Of a stretch of 64,000 nucleotides of DNA, positions 1-15,504 are shown piece by piece (within the stretch, counting starts at the first letter, position 1; the number at the start of each line of letters is the position of its first letter). Under the pieces are notes generated by a model, which saw only the letters and a list, made by a program, of their open reading frames with translations, had not been told where the DNA came from and ran no database searches. A program made the translations under genes and the position numbers. Source of the DNA: the human T2T-CHM13v2.0 reference genome, Homo sapiens; NCBI RefSeq assembly GCF_009914755.1, contig NC_060942.1; one strand, given 5' to 3'.

Positions 1-1974
1 CGGCCTTTATACTCCTTCCCACCTCACAGTAATCAGGTAATGGATTTGGGCTGTTCCCGCAAGAGAAAGGGGTGAGGCAGTCTCTGAAAGGGCTGAGAGC
101 CAAAGGGACATGTCAACAGCACTTGAGTCATCTCAGACAACAGTCCTTCATTGTAGGGGGAACTGTTTCACACATTTCGTCGTCCCCTACAGTCTTCTAC
201 ATTTATGGACAAATGTTTGATTTCTGAAGGCACTTATGCATCATCTTCAAATATCCTCTTGGCATTAGGAATCAGCCAGTTTGTCACTATTCAATCATTT
301 CCTAGCTGCTGGCTTATAAGCCGTTGCTGTTTTTCTTAAGTTGTGACAAGTTTTTACGGATCCATCTCCATATTCTCATTATTTCCCCTTTGGCCTGTGC
401 ATAGATTTATTTGTTGGATGGATATCTGTACTTAGAAATTCAGCCCATGGAAATGAAAAGGGGCAAAGCTGATTGAAGTGGAATGGAATCTATGACCTTG
501 ACCCTATTAAATATGCCTTGTAGACCAAACAAAATGACCCCATTTACCTTACTAAACTAAGCTGTTCCAGTCCCAGACAAAGAAGCGAGGACTTCCCAAC
601 CATCTGCTATATTTACAGGTAGAAATTTAAAGAGTCCACTGGTCTTCTTTTAAGAATAATGAAATTCATTTTTGTTGTTGATTAATTAAAAAAAGTGCTT
701 AAGTGTTTCAACTATACTAACAACATAGCAGAATTTGAAGTGCAAGACAATTGTTCTGCTTGGTTTGCTTTATAAAACCAGAGAGAATATTGAAGAAGCA
801 CACAAACACAATCAAAAATTTAAAAGCATGTCCTAGAAACTAAAACTCCCAAACTTATATATAGTATTAGTATCCTTTATAAGAGTAAAGGAATTAAGAT
901 AAAGAAAACAAAGAAGATGAAAAAAAGGCAGTTCATTAATTAAAAAAAATAAAAATAAAAAGCAATGGCCTAGTGACTTCTAGGTAGAAAGAAGAAGAAG
1001 ACAGATTACAATTGTTTTATGAAAACATTTCAGAGATGTTGGGTAGGGCAAAAAGAATAAATCTAACTTTAATTTTGAATTTATGATTTATAATGACTGA
1101 ATTTATTGCTAATTCTTTTAAATTGAAGGCCCCTCAAAACATCTTGTTATTTGCAAATATAATGTTTGGACTCTCGGAAAGCCTAGATGGCAATATTTCT
1201 CTAGTAACTTGACTTCTTTTTCCTTAGGATTACATAAATGCTGGATGGTAACTTTATTTAAAGAACAGAAAAGACAATGTAAAAAATATTGTATAGATGT
1301 TTTCATTATTCTTAATATTTCAAATAAACAATTCCAAGGATCTCTAAATATTTCTGATACCACAATTTTTATATTTATATTTTTTATATTCCAGAGATAC
1401 TGGAAATCCATTTGAACCAGCCAACTTGTCTCTTAACCAAAAGATACCAAAGTGGAAGTTATAAAATTAGCAGCTAAATTGTTATTGCTTAAAAAGGGAA
1501 AACAAAATCTTACATTATATAATCTTAGATATAGTAGAAGTATCTGACTACACTAGCTGAAAATGTATGAATTCTATTACCATGGCTTCATACGCTTAAG
1601 ATTTTGTACCTATAAAACTGTCAATCCCCTGGAAGACTATATACCAGCATGGTATCACTTTTTATACCACAAAATGAATTATCATTCGATGTCTAGATAG
1701 CAGCACTGGGGGTACAAAGGTGGACAGGTAGCTTAAGTGGGTCATAGAAAGGATTCATGCATGAAAACCCAAGTGAAATATTGTGATTAGTCCTGTCCTT
1801 ACTTTTAGCATTATAATTGTCTTTTGATATGTCACTTGTCTATCTCTTTCATTACACAGCGGACTTCCTAAAGTTAGGGATTTGTTTAATCTCTCTAGCA
1901 CACTGATGAAGTAAACTGTCAATGAATAATTACGGAAAGAAGAGATGATTACATTGGTGATATCTACTGCTCCA

Positions 1975-2005
<31 letters not shown>

Positions 2006-2070
2006 GCACAACTCACAACCCCTCCCCCCCACACACACACACATGCAGAGAGAGAGAGAGAGAGAGAGAG
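1975..2070. repeat. compound (CA)n / (GA)n microsatellite
   Basis: (CA)n at ~1975-2002 and ~2031-2043, then (AG)n at ~2047-2070, read directly. Confidence 0.95.
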
Positions 2071-2074
2071 GCTT

Positions 2075-2197
2075 TCTGTATTTAGACAAGAAAATTGAGA
2101 TCCAAGCTGTTTAACTGACTTATACAAGGACACTTAGCCTGTTGACAGATATGATTATAACATGAAACCTCTTGATTTGTAGTCCAATGTCCTTTCA
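2075..2197 (-). mobile_element. MIR-family SINE fragment
   Basis: gaaaattgagatccaagctgtttaactgacttatacaaggacac resembles the antisense MIR core GAAACTGAGGCTCAGAGAGGTTAAGTGACTTGCCCAAGGTCAC. Confidence 0.7.
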
Positions 2198-2657
2198 TAG
2201 GTACTAACTCTTTCTTCCTCTGCAATCATTTTAATATCTGTTGAATTCTTTGCTGGTTTCCTTCCTGTGGAACTGAAGGACGCCAACATTCTTGCATTAC
2301 AAATTTTTCCCCTACTTTACTCAAACACATAATAATGGATCCATTCTTATTCTGAAATTAATACAAGCCATATATGCCTGCTGTGTGAAAATAGGCCTTA
2401 TTGAATTCTAAAGCACTGAAGTGTAAGAGCCGTTATTAAATTGTTTCTGGCTTAAAACTAAAATCTTTACGGTAACGAAGAAAAATTGTTACCTGTCTAA
2501 TAATAGGATGCTTGCCTCTCTCTCTCTAAGAAAATGGGTGGAATACACTTTGCTGTGGAGGACCTCAGCGACACAAACATACTAACAAGGAGATTAGATG
2601 CTTCGCAAACTTTTTTAGTAAAGAGACTGCTCCATTCTTTTTTTAATGGGCATTTTT

Positions 2658-2670
2658 GTTGCCTAGCAAC
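2658..2670. promoter_or_regulatory. candidate RFX X-box
   Basis: GTTGCCTAGCAAC matches the RFX palindromic consensus GTNRCC(N0-3)RGYAAC in non-repeat DNA; motif match only. Confidence 0.4.
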
Positions 2671-3262
2671 GGGAACGTTCTAAAGCAATCTATACTGGCC
2701 TTCTTATGGGAATATATCAACTCAGGTGCTATTTATGGCAGTTAAGCTCTGGAAAGAAGACAAGAGGGAAAGCTTGTTTCATTTTGTTTTGATCCCTACT
2801 GTTGGTTCAAATTATATGGTCCCAATTTGACTTTCTTGGGGTTGCAAATTATAACATTGAAGCCTGATTCTATAGGTGCTCTATAGTTATTAAATGGAAA
2901 AGGCTAGTGTGTATTAAAAAAAAAAAACTTTCCCTATTTTGCTTAATCTCAACTTATAAAATTATTCATTTCAAAATCTGTTCCAAATCCACAAAGCACT
3001 TTCTGGAATTGGGTGCTTGGAAAACATGGGGTGACTCTTTATCTCCCACACATCAGTATTTCTAAAGGAATCAGGGAATGGAAAATAACAGTGTCACATC
3101 TCAACTGACTTGGGCAAATCTGGGGATAGAAGTCCCGGAATTAGAATCTCAGGACCTTTGTTTGCCAAAACCCAACCCTCATAAAGCTTGACACTCCTGC
3201 CTTACACCAAATTTTCTCAAAACACCTCACTAGCAGTAGAGCTGCAAAAATTCATCTGAAAT

Positions 3263-3306
3263 ACACTCAGGAAATACAGTTCAAACACTCAGGAAATACA
3301 GTTCAA
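3263..3306. repeat. perfect 22-bp tandem duplication
   Basis: acactcaggaaatacagttcaa x2. Confidence 0.9.
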
Positions 3307-3999
3307 ATTTAGGCACTACACAATGTAGCAGGGATGAAGTCTGAATCAGTAGCTTACAAATATTGACATATGTAATTTACAGGAAATTTAATATCATCAT
3401 CTGATCGACGATTCTGATGTACTAAAATATGCCTTTTTGAATTAAAATTAGACTTATCTCCACTTTAGGCTATTTTCTTTTTTCTTATCCTCTTACCTCA
3501 ATCCATTTCTAAGTTAGAAACTATTTTTTAGTTAATATTATAAATGAAAACAATCAAGAGTTATATTAGTATTTTTCATAGTTGAAAAATAGTAATGATC
3601 AAAAACAATCATAATTTACTTACTCTTTGTTAAGCATTTTCAATATTTATATACGTAAGGTGTGTGTAATTAATCAATATGAGAAGCCCTGAAGGGTAAC
3701 TGGTTTAACATCATTCATACAAATTATAAAGGAGAGATTCAAAATTTTAAATGAGGTCTCTGTTTTTTGATAAGGTAATGTTTTACCTTGTTTGTTTGTT
3801 TTCAATATATAAGACTGCCCCAGGAAAAATTTAGTGATTTAAAAGTATTTTTTAATTGAAGTCAAAAATAAATCAAGCAAGCTTTCATTCCAAACATAGA
3901 ACAAGTTAAATACCTCAGACTCCACTGATGGGTGTATGTATATGCTTTATAAATAACTTAATCATCTGTGATTATGTTTTCATTTTCTGCCTTCATGCT

Positions 4000-4455
4000 G
4001 TGAACTTTGTCTCCCAGCTCTCCTCCATTTAATCACTCTTTTACAATGTGGCCATGACTGTCTTCTTAGGACTCTATCTGATAATGTCACACACCTGCTT
4101 TAGATTTTTTACAGTATCAGATTACCAGGTGAAGTCCAAACTCCTTAACATGATAGAAATAAACTTAGCTCAGATGTCTCTTTCAAATGTTACCCTCTAG
4201 GCACTATTATTTATAGACTGGTATTCAGATTCAGTCACACTTGTGACCACTAGGTTACTTCAAACTCTCTTTGCCCATGCAGATCAAGAGCACTGACTGG
4301 TATCCAGAGAACCCCCAAAGAGCTGGTTCTGCTGTTTTGTAGCTGGATCTACAGGATAGGAAGCTCCTTGAAGGCAGGTCCCACATCCCTGGTAATTAGT
4401 ACAGTGCTTGACATAAATTTTGAATAAATTAATGAATAAATGAACAAACGAATGC
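4000..4455 (+). mobile_element. L2 LINE 3' fragments (degenerate, with MIR-like pieces)
   Basis: aagtccaaactccttaacatg; aagctccttgaaggcagg...acagtgcttgacata...aatgaataaatgaa resembles the L2 3' end. Confidence 0.6.
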
Positions 4456-6739
4456 AATGTGATTTTAAACAATTCACTTAGTGTAACTATAGCTCAATTT
4501 CCTTGTTTGTTAAATGAAAAAGTCGCTTCGATTGTTTCATTACCTAATTTTGAGTAATAGTATAAAAAGTCGGGTATGTACTAAGTATTCAAAAAATCAA
4601 CGGCGATTGTTACTTATTTCATTATCACCTTTTCTCTCCCTAGAATTTTTCTCTCCATCTACTGAAATCAACCTATTTTACAAAGAGTTGCTCAAATTTT
4701 GCAAAGCAGACTTACTTCATTCAGCATCTGTGTTGTTAAAACATTGTGGGCATACCTTTAATGTAGTTTTTAACACATTGTGTTGCATGTCTACGTTTAT
4801 AGGATTTCTCCTCCACTGTGCTATGACTATTCCTAGGACCAGAGCCCTGTGTTACTCACCACTTTCCCAACACACGGCTACATTTGTTACTTATAAGAAA
4901 TGCTCCGTTTTAGTTGAATACAAAAACACAGTAGTAACAGGATAGTAGCTAGCTTAAAACATCACCAGCTTATTACTGTATCTATAATAGCTGGAGCAGC
5001 AGGAGAACTCATAGAGCAAAGAAGGGCATGCATAGGTAGAAAGGTATTCTCCTGAATACACAAATGAAATAATTTCTTAACATTCTGCTATAATAAACTA
5101 ATGAAAAGTAATCAGAACAGTTATTGTGTAAAGATAACAATCTTAAATATGCCTTATCCTCTGTTTTGTTGATTCAGCTTTCACAGAACACTTCCAAATA
5201 ATCTAAACTTGTGTACTTAAACATTTTAATTAAGGGATTTAAACTGCAAATTGAATTTTATAAACATGCATCTGACCTCTTCTTTACTTCGAAATTCATT
5301 TCTCGTAAAATCATAGATTAATAAATATTGTAAAAGCAATCAAATCAGTCAACAATTCTACTGTTTATGAATCTTGATGAGAGTAAAATAAATAATCCAG
5401 ATTGCTCAAAAATACAAATAAAACTCTTAAAGAGCAATCACACAGGGGACAAACTAAATTACTCATGAATCCTGTTTTAGAGAAATTTTCTTTTATTGCA
5501 ATATCCAAACTTCTCTTTAAGTTATGTTAAATAAAAAAATAAAAATTCATTTTTAAAACAATAACCAATAATTTAATAATCTGAAAGAAGGAAATGTTTC
5601 TATGGTATGCACAATAAAGGTTTAGACATAAACAAAATGTATCCCTCTGTGATTTTAGAACTGATTTTACAGATGCCTTAAGTTCATCATTCCAGAATAT
5701 ACAAGGGTTTTTAAGAAGTTCTGTAAACAGTAAGTTTGTAGAAAGATATTACTGTAGGAGCCTATGAATCTACCCAAATATGTTAAAGGAGATTTAGTAT
5801 TTCTTCTTTCTTTTTCAATCTATTTACTAACCTTTCTATTATGGCCAATGATATAATTTAATTCAATTAAATATTGTTTATTCCTTATAAAATAATCTAT
5901 GTGATACATATGATACTGAGTTGGCCTAGATAAATTGGATAAGACCCTAATAATTATTAAAATTATAATATAAATTGTATCTTTCCTGGGAATGTAGGAA
6001 CACATAAGGCCTGAGGGAATTACAATACAAAGGATGTGATGGACGTGCAGATAAGTATTCTATAATATAACATGCCAAGTGTTAGACAAGTGGTATTAAT
6101 ATTAAAAATTAGTTACACTATTCTGCATGGCAGGCTGGTGTCAGGGATTTATAATTGCAGCCACAGTGGCCTCCTGTGGCCAGGAGATATTTCTACAAAG
6201 TAATAATCTTTAGTTATGCTCAAATAAAATTTTACAGCTTATTCATACAGATTTTGCAAGTCCCTAAGCGTAAGAAGAGTGACAAGTTGTCCAGATAAAC
6301 ACTCTTCTTTAACATTTCTCTTCTGCAAGCATGTTTGCTTTTGGAGATTTGGAAAATCCAGTGCAGTCAAACAGGCAAAATGAACCACGCAGTTTTTGTT
6401 TTCTAGATGAACCCATTCTTCTTTGATCAAATTGACCAAAGACATGCTTCCTTCCTTTTCCCCCATTTCTTCCATGGCTTATATTTGTTAGTGTTAGTGC
6501 TTTCCTGAGGGCATGGGTTGTCTGAGCAATGCCTTTACTCATATTTTTCTGCACAGAGTTCCCACTCGGAAAATTGTTAAACACTCAATTGAGCTCAATT
6601 AATATTAAATTAGTTAAATAAGCTACTTGAGTACCGGACTCAAGTAGCATTAATTTCAGTCTCAAAATAAAATCAGTTTCAACCTCCCTAATGCAGTTTA
6701 TTCACTGTTAGTATTTGAAAAGCAAGGTCTCTAACTTTG

Positions 6740-6925
6740 GTCAACAAATATTTTTTTCGACAATGTACTGAGCATCTGAAATATTCTAATTGTTCAAAGT
6801 GATGAATGCAAAATGGAACAAAACACACAAAAATTTGTTTTTATTTTCTTATATTCTACAGGATGGAGGCTAGAGTTAACAAGCACAAGAATGAATGTTA
6901 GGGGGTGTTAAGTGCTATGAAGAAT
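6740..6925 (-). mobile_element. L2 3' end fragment
   Basis: tcaacaaatattt...actgagcatct...taagtgctatgaaga is typical of antisense L2. Confidence 0.5.
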
Positions 6926-9134
6926 GCCTTTCAAAGTAAAGTTGTAAATCTACGACTTCAGCACATTATGGCTTTCTTTTCCATATTTGTATTTTATCTT
7001 ATTTCCTTAGGTCAACTGACTTATAACAATGTTTTATAAAAGACTGTGGAGCAGACATTTTTAGAAAAAACATTAACCTTTTAAGAAAAACATCATTTTT
7101 TAGGAAAATAAATATTATTTTAAAATCAAGTAAAATATTTAGAGAGTTTGAAAACAACAAAATTATTCAAAATTCAAGAGAGACTCAGATATTTATCTTT
7201 AAAAGTCCAACTAGGTTTGATGGAAATACCTTATTGAAAAAATGAATTCATTAGGTTATCATTTAAAAGAAACAAATTATCAAACCATACTTAATTCCAT
7301 CATATTGGTAAATAAAGTGTCAGGGATCATATGTAATTATCTTCATGCACATCAATGGGGAAGCAAAAATAAAAGACAGTATAAATGTTTCTATAAAGGA
7401 ATGCAACATCTGCCTACCTGCAAATTCTTTTAAGGTATAAATATAGAGGGAGATACATCAATTTACCCTGAATCAAATATGTTATTTATTTTTAAAGTTT
7501 GATGTTCACAGTGAAAAAGAAAAATCACCCTTTTCTTCATTTTAGAAATTTCCAAATAAATGATCTATGTCAAAAATACCCAGTGATATTTATAGTGTTA
7601 ATCTTTGGACATTTACATTATCCAAATTCAAATTTAATTTTCTTTATAAAATGGAACATTATCTAAATAACACTTCACTGAAAATATTCAAATACTAGTT
7701 ACGTAGGTATTGAAAATGACCTCACATTTTTGTTTAATTTTATTTTTACATAAGCAAGCATCTATTTTCTTCACTCAGTACACCTTATACAACAAGCACA
7801 ACTGATTATTCAGCAAGTCACAACACGGTAAGTTAACGTAACATAGCCAATAAAATGATAAATGAAATTAATGATTAAGTGCCAAACAGATGATTCTGTT
7901 CTTTATGGCAGAGTGGTTTGGGCACCTTTCCCTGCATGAAAAGCATCCAGGGTGAGGGATGGTTGTATCTTTATCAAATTTGGGTCATTTCACCAGCTGG
8001 GCACAAATATTTTCTAAACATCCACGATATGTGGATATGCACATGGCAATGACCCTCCCCTAGAAGTCTCCCGTTCCCCGTGGTACATGTAAAATTTTTA
8101 GGTGGCTTATATTCTCATTCCCTTCAAAAGCAATAGATAACACCCAACTCTGGCTTTATATTTAGATTGAGAAACTATATACAATAAAACATTTAGAAGA
8201 AATTCCATGGCACAGTCCTACCATGAGTCTGGGTTTCTCACATGTAGAATGAAAATTGTTTCCACTTGGCATGGTTGTTGTAAGGAGTAAAGATACATTT
8301 GTAACACCCTGGTATGAAAAATTCATGACTTGAAATTTTATAGCTCTTGTCATTCTTACTATTGACAACAAAATTGGCCTTGGATTTTCACATTTAAATT
8401 TCAGTTTCATGAGCTTCAGTCATGCAGAAGCTCAATACACATGAAAAAAAAAATCTTAAATGTTTATCCCATTTAGGCAAGTAATCATGATCATAATCAG
8501 TGTTTATTAAAAACAAAACTGCAAAAAAAAAAAAAACCCAGTTGCAATGAGAAAACAGCTGAAGCAGCAATGAGGTAGGGAATGGAAAGCAAGGGGAATT
8601 TTATTTTCCTCTTATATGAATTTTGAAACTTAGCAACTCTGAGAAACAATTGTATTGTATTTTCCGCATATGTTTCTATTTTATTAAAGACAAAAATCAT
8701 TTTTGATGAGTTTAAATACTTGCAGACAGCTCAAAGTTGGGCGATTGTGCCACAGAACAAGCAAAAAAAAAAATGGCCCTCCTACGTATTTACATGGTAT
8801 GAACTGGTTACCAGCTACCAGTCCCTGAAGAATGAATTGCAAAGAATCAGATTGTTAAGCAGTCAACTTGGTGACAGCAAATGCAAGCCTCTAAGACTCT
8901 GATTACATTTTCTGAGCAGATCCACAGCCCTGACACCCCAGCAGCTGGTGGTTTTTCTGGGCACAGAGGCTGGCGTGAATAGAAAGCGACAGCAGCGTGC
9001 TCCATGTCACATGTGAATGAACAGCTACCGTGACAGGAAGACTTTTCTTGTCAACACAATCACTGTGGCTCTGTGAGCCCCCAAGTTATGTGCTATTTTC
9101 CACTGGAGGGGAATTGGTACCTGATAAGTAAAGA

Positions 9135-9535
9135 CTTCATTCAGTGAAATCAAAATACATGTATTAAGTGTCTACCATCGACAGGCACCACGATTACCCA
9201 GAGATTGACAGGGGAACCCCCCATCCCACCTCTCCTGGATCTTTCATTCCCTGAGAGAAATAGGGGAGAAAAGCAGTAAGCAGAAACCAAAGCCATAAAT
9301 AAGATAATTTCCAAGAGTAGTATGTGGTATGAATAATGGAAACAATCAACTGGGCAAGGAGGCAGAGTCACTGGCAGGCGCTGAAGAAGACAGCGGAGCT
9401 CTGATGAGGAGCCAGCCGCTGAGACGAGACTTGAAGGATACGACGGAGCAGAATGTGAACACCAAGGAAGTGAGCATCCCAAGACTGTGGTAGGAAAGCT
9501 TGGAGGGGTTGTGGAAATCGCAGGTTTAGAGTGAG
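9135..9535 (-). mobile_element. L2 3' end fragment
   Basis: ttcattcagtga...atgtattaagtgtctaccatcgacaggcacc...tgagacgagacttgaaggata resembles antisense L2. Confidence 0.65.
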
Positions 9536-11269
9536 GGCCCTGCTATTTCTACCTGCATAATGTATCGTACATGTAAGAAAATGAAACGCCCACTGAAATA
9601 ATTGGTTTGCAAAACAGCCTGTGGCTTCCAGTAAGTTCCAAAGGAATACTTATTACTAAGAAAGCAGAAGTAAATACTTTGCATTACATTTAGTCCTTAA
9701 TTATTTATCACATCTCCTTGTTGTTCATTCCACAGTCTTTGGGAGCTGACCTTTGCTAGGATAAAATACTCACGTTCTGTCTAGCCTAAAGTTTTAACAC
9801 GTACCTTGTCCCAATCCATTCCAGTACTCACAGAAAATGAAAATATGTCCCAGCAGATCTGAAGAATGTTGTCCAGTAAATTCAATTCATTTCTCTTTTA
9901 TATCTAATTTCACTTAGGATCTATCCAATGACAGACTTGTTATCCTCACTGACGGACGCAAAGTCCTGTTGTACACTCTTAGAACATTTATGCTTATGAC
10001 TAAATTTCAAGCTGCCCGTGATTCATCTGCTATTTCCCACATATCTATTTTAGACTTGCCAAGGGAAAAACAGTTATGAAATATGTTGTTCAAGCAGTGC
10101 TTTTTTTCAAATGACATATGCCTTATAGCTCCCCATGCTACAACAGAACATCCTGGGCAGTTTCTCTGTCAAAGTCACATCCACTGCTATCAGTAGAGTT
10201 GCCAGTGTAATATTTGGCAATGGGATATTACACTACCCAAAAGCAAGCAGTATTGTGAGCCAGAAACAAAATTCAGTAGTATTTTGAGAATTTGAGAGAG
10301 AACGGACAACTTTTCCCAACATGTGACTGTCTGATGGATGCTTCCTGGCTAGATCGAGTCTCCTGTGCGTTGACACCACATTATCAGACCACTTAGAAAA
10401 AGGCCAAGCTCTCAGATCAGACTGCAAGAATTTCCAGAGACCTCATCTTATTTTGAAGGTTCAGTTTCAGGCACAGCTCCTTTTTTTTTTTTTCTTTTTT
10501 TTTTGCAGAAATGGGTACTCAACAAATTACATTTGAGCAATTAAAGCTTTCAGGAATGAATCCTGATATGCAAATCATGAATTTGCAATTTTTTTTCTTA
10601 AGGTGGAGTGGTTTTAATTAGAAAAATACTACCTTGGGCCCAAATGAGTGCTTTTGTAATCTTTAGTTTATATCGTTCGTGTGTGTACGTGTGTGTATAA
10701 CAACGTATGTCTTCAGATGGGTAGGAGACAAGCATGGCGTATTCAGGATGAAGTATGCTGAAGACTATTAACAAGTAAGACATTGCTAGTCAGGCTTTAT
10801 TCTAATCATACAGGATGGAAACCTACTGAATAGACTCTTACTGACTCTACACGAAACTTGATATTTCAAAATCATGGCATAGAAACAAAATAGTCTAGAA
10901 TAATCAGGCATTTACATACCTTCATTGTTGTTTCTTTATTTTTAGACAATCTAGACACTTTTAGCTATGTCTGTCATGATCTTGCAGTGTCTTTGTTCAA
11001 GGTCAGCTACCTCATGGATTAGGATAGAGGTAGAGGATCCACCCAAATCAGTACAAACACACACATAATTTAGGGCTTTGGACTAGTTGGGTTACCATAC
11101 ATCTCCCTGGAATGTCCAGGTTTATGCCTCTTGTGGAATTAATAGGACCAATGCTAAGATATGAGTATCATACAGATGATGTAATTGTCAACCTCAGTTC
11201 AGGCAGGTGAGACTTGATCTCTTAGCATTTATGGTAAGATCATAGTAAATGTTTTCTGAGGGATGGTTC

Positions 11270-11670
11270 ACACTGATGTATTATTATTGAAGTAGGAATG
11301 ATTGTGTCTATGTCTTGGTGCATATATGTGATTATACTTAACCACACAAACCCAGAAATAGAAAAACTGAGTCAGTAATTATCAGTGTTTTTAAGTCTCT
11401 TGATAATTATTTTCTTTAGGAAAAAAATTACACTAATTTTAATATATGTTAAATAATAGTGTTCTTTTGCATTTTTGATCACATTAAGTATTATCTTATT
11501 CATACTTGCTTATTTGGAGTAAATATTTTTATTACATTTAAATTATGCACTTTTTACTAATGAAAATGAATATTGATAACTTTTATTCATTTAATGCCAT
11601 TTATAGTTTTCTTGTATAAATTGTAAGCTCATGTCCATTCTTTTTACCGGGTTGTTGGTTAAAAAATATG
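11270..11670 (-). mobile_element. old L1 (L1ME-like) fragment
   Basis: T-rich degenerate antisense L1 3' motifs (gtcttggtgcatatatgtg, tttgcatttt, tactaatga, catgtccattc); similar sequence resumes after the Alu. Confidence 0.5.
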
Positions 11671-11677
11671 TTTACAA

Positions 11678-11979
11678 GGCCGGGCACGGTGGCTCACACC
11701 TGTAATCCCAGCACTTTGGGAGGCCGAGTTGGGTGGATCACAAGGTCAGGAGTTCAAGACCAGCCTGGCCAGATGGTGAAACCCCATCTCTACTAAAAAA
11801 AAAAATTAAAAAATAGCTGGGTATGGTGGCAGGTGCCTGTAATCCCAGGTATTCGGGAGGCTGAGGCAGAGAATTGCTTGAACCCAGGAGGTGGAGATTA
11901 CAGTGAGCCAAGATCATGCCACTGCACTCCAGCCTGGGCAACAGAGCAAGACTCCATCTCAAAAATGAAGAAAAAAAAA
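11678..11979 (+). mobile_element. AluS (Sg-like), full length
   Basis: GGCCGGGCACGGTGG start, two monomers, A-rich linker and tail; ggatcacaaggtcaggagttc carries the Sg-type 2-bp deletion. Confidence 0.95.
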
Positions 11980-13089
11980 GTTTATAAAACTTCTTAAGAA
12001 TGAATTCTTTTACTGGTCATTTTTAATAAAAATATTTTATGTTAATTTCTCATTTGCTTATGATATTATTGAACCATAGACGTTTTAATATTTGTATGTG
12101 GTCAAACAGCTTTTTTCTTCTCCTTTTTTAAATCAGGAAAGATGACACATTTGAGTTTTATGCATGTGCACGTTAAAAGGATGATGGACTTTGCAATCAA
12201 ATCTGGAAAGCTGCACCCAAAAAAAGTGCTGATACAACAAAAGAACAAATTATATTAATGAGATAGATATAAGACTGGATGAGATATTGAGAAAAACTAT
12301 CTTGAGAGGAAAGAGGAAATAAGATGAAAATTGACATAAACCTAAATGAGTGAGGAAGCAAAGGGGAAAAGAGACAATTTAGAAAAACAAAAAGGGGCAT
12401 TTGATTCAGGAAAAAGAGATAAGGTCCAGCACAAAGTGAAAGTAAAATTCCTGGGAGGAGGGCATTCAAGAAGAAAGCCATTAGGAGCGTTAGATAATGC
12501 AGAGCTGTCAAGAAAAACAAAGATTGAAAAAAAGGCACTTGAATTTATCTGCTATTTGTAAAACCCTCATCTGCCACTCAAACTATCCAGTACTTCCTTG
12601 ATAAGCCCTAGTTAATGACTCCAGGTATCACCTACAACACAACAGAGATATGGGGAAAATCCCATTAAATAGAGCTAAGAAACTGACATTTATCATTCCA
12701 TTCACCACAATGAAGAATTTGCTAATATACAATGTCCTGGCATTGGGAAGTTTGTGGAAATATGAACACTGGCTATGAAAGTTCAAAATGTGACATTGAT
12801 TCAAAAAGTTGTCATCACATGGTATAGATACCTACTTCTAAAAATGCAGTTTCAAGAAGCATTGTCCCAGCATAACGACATCTCCTTTAACAGCCTCCAT
12901 TGTAAAGTACAGTTTCTGTTTGGGAAAGCACTGTGGCTTTCCACCCTGGGGAAGAGACTCAATCTGTGCTTTCCATGCCAGTCCGCTGAGTTATGCATGT
13001 ACATGTGCGCCTCCACCATGCAAAACCCGTCTTACGAAAGCATACAAAAGTCTGTCTCAAGCCACAAGCCACTGTCTCATTTTTTATCT

Positions 13090-14184
<1,095 letters not shown>

Positions 14185-15156
14185 GACATCTGCTTTTTGA
14201 TTAGCCACTCTAAATCCAGTAGCTTCTTTGCTATATTGGTATTTCTTAAATTTGTTTTTATCTACTTCTCAGTGATAAAGACAACCCAAGGAAGAAACCT
14301 CCCTTGTGAGCTCATGAGATGTCTGAGAGCCAAGTGGCTGTCAAAGACCCCTTCCTCCTGCTGGAAACAAAATAATGACCAGGAGGTTGCTGTCAGAGAA
14401 AAGAAAAAAAAGAGTTAAACATTTTTGCAGTGAAATTTTGATCAAGCCATGGTGGTTGGATGAATCGCATTTCTCTCTTTGATGGTGATTTTTATCTGGA
14501 TAATCAGGACTAGTTATCAGCATCAGATAATTCTTTCTGCCAGACAGTGCAAGAATGACACTGACAACCTCACTCTCCAGTCTCCTAATGCAGAGTTTCC
14601 TACAGCCACCTGGTAGGTGTCCATCATTATAACACTTCCCTGTGCTAGGTCTATCACCAACACCACCGCCTTATGTCACTTTAGTTACATTTGGATTCGA
14701 GATGCCCTTCTGTTATAAGAGACCTCCGACTTTCCACTGAGATGCAGAAAACGACCTAGTTCTATCACCAGAACACTGAGTGATCACTTTTACAACGGGT
14801 TATTTTTGGGAACTATTCTGCAAGTAGCTCACATCATTCATCTTGTGTTGATTTTTATTAGTCTGAAGTTACGTATTTTCTCTTTACCTCAAATGCTGCT
14901 GCATATTTATTTCTCACAGGCTCTATGTAGAATACTCTAGTTTTTTTCCTGACTTTTTAGTTCAAGATTTAATAAAAAAAAAACAAAAACGTGTAGAACA
15001 TTTCTGTTACATTTTCATAAGTAACAACTTAAACTAAGACACATTCATGGTCAAGTTCATCACCACTCCCTGTCCTCTCCACCCCTTCCTTCCCAGGCCC
15101 TTAGCAATATAGATTTGCCTACTTTATTTCCTATTGGATATTGATATCAATATCCT

Positions 15157-15504
<348 letters not shown>

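Noticed and set aside
5-45. Possible 7-nt microexon (cacag/TAATCAG/gtaatg)
   Set aside because: Not frame-preserving, weak donor, and at the window edge with no context.
6239-6584. Minus-strand ORFs of 78 and 91 aa in unique DNA
   Set aside because: No recognisable protein family, no clear splice sites and no processed-pseudogene hallmarks.
10478-10790. Poly-T followed by gcag acceptor, and a downstream caa/gtaaga donor
   Set aside because: Poly-T tracts produce acceptor-like matches by chance; no coherent reading frame.
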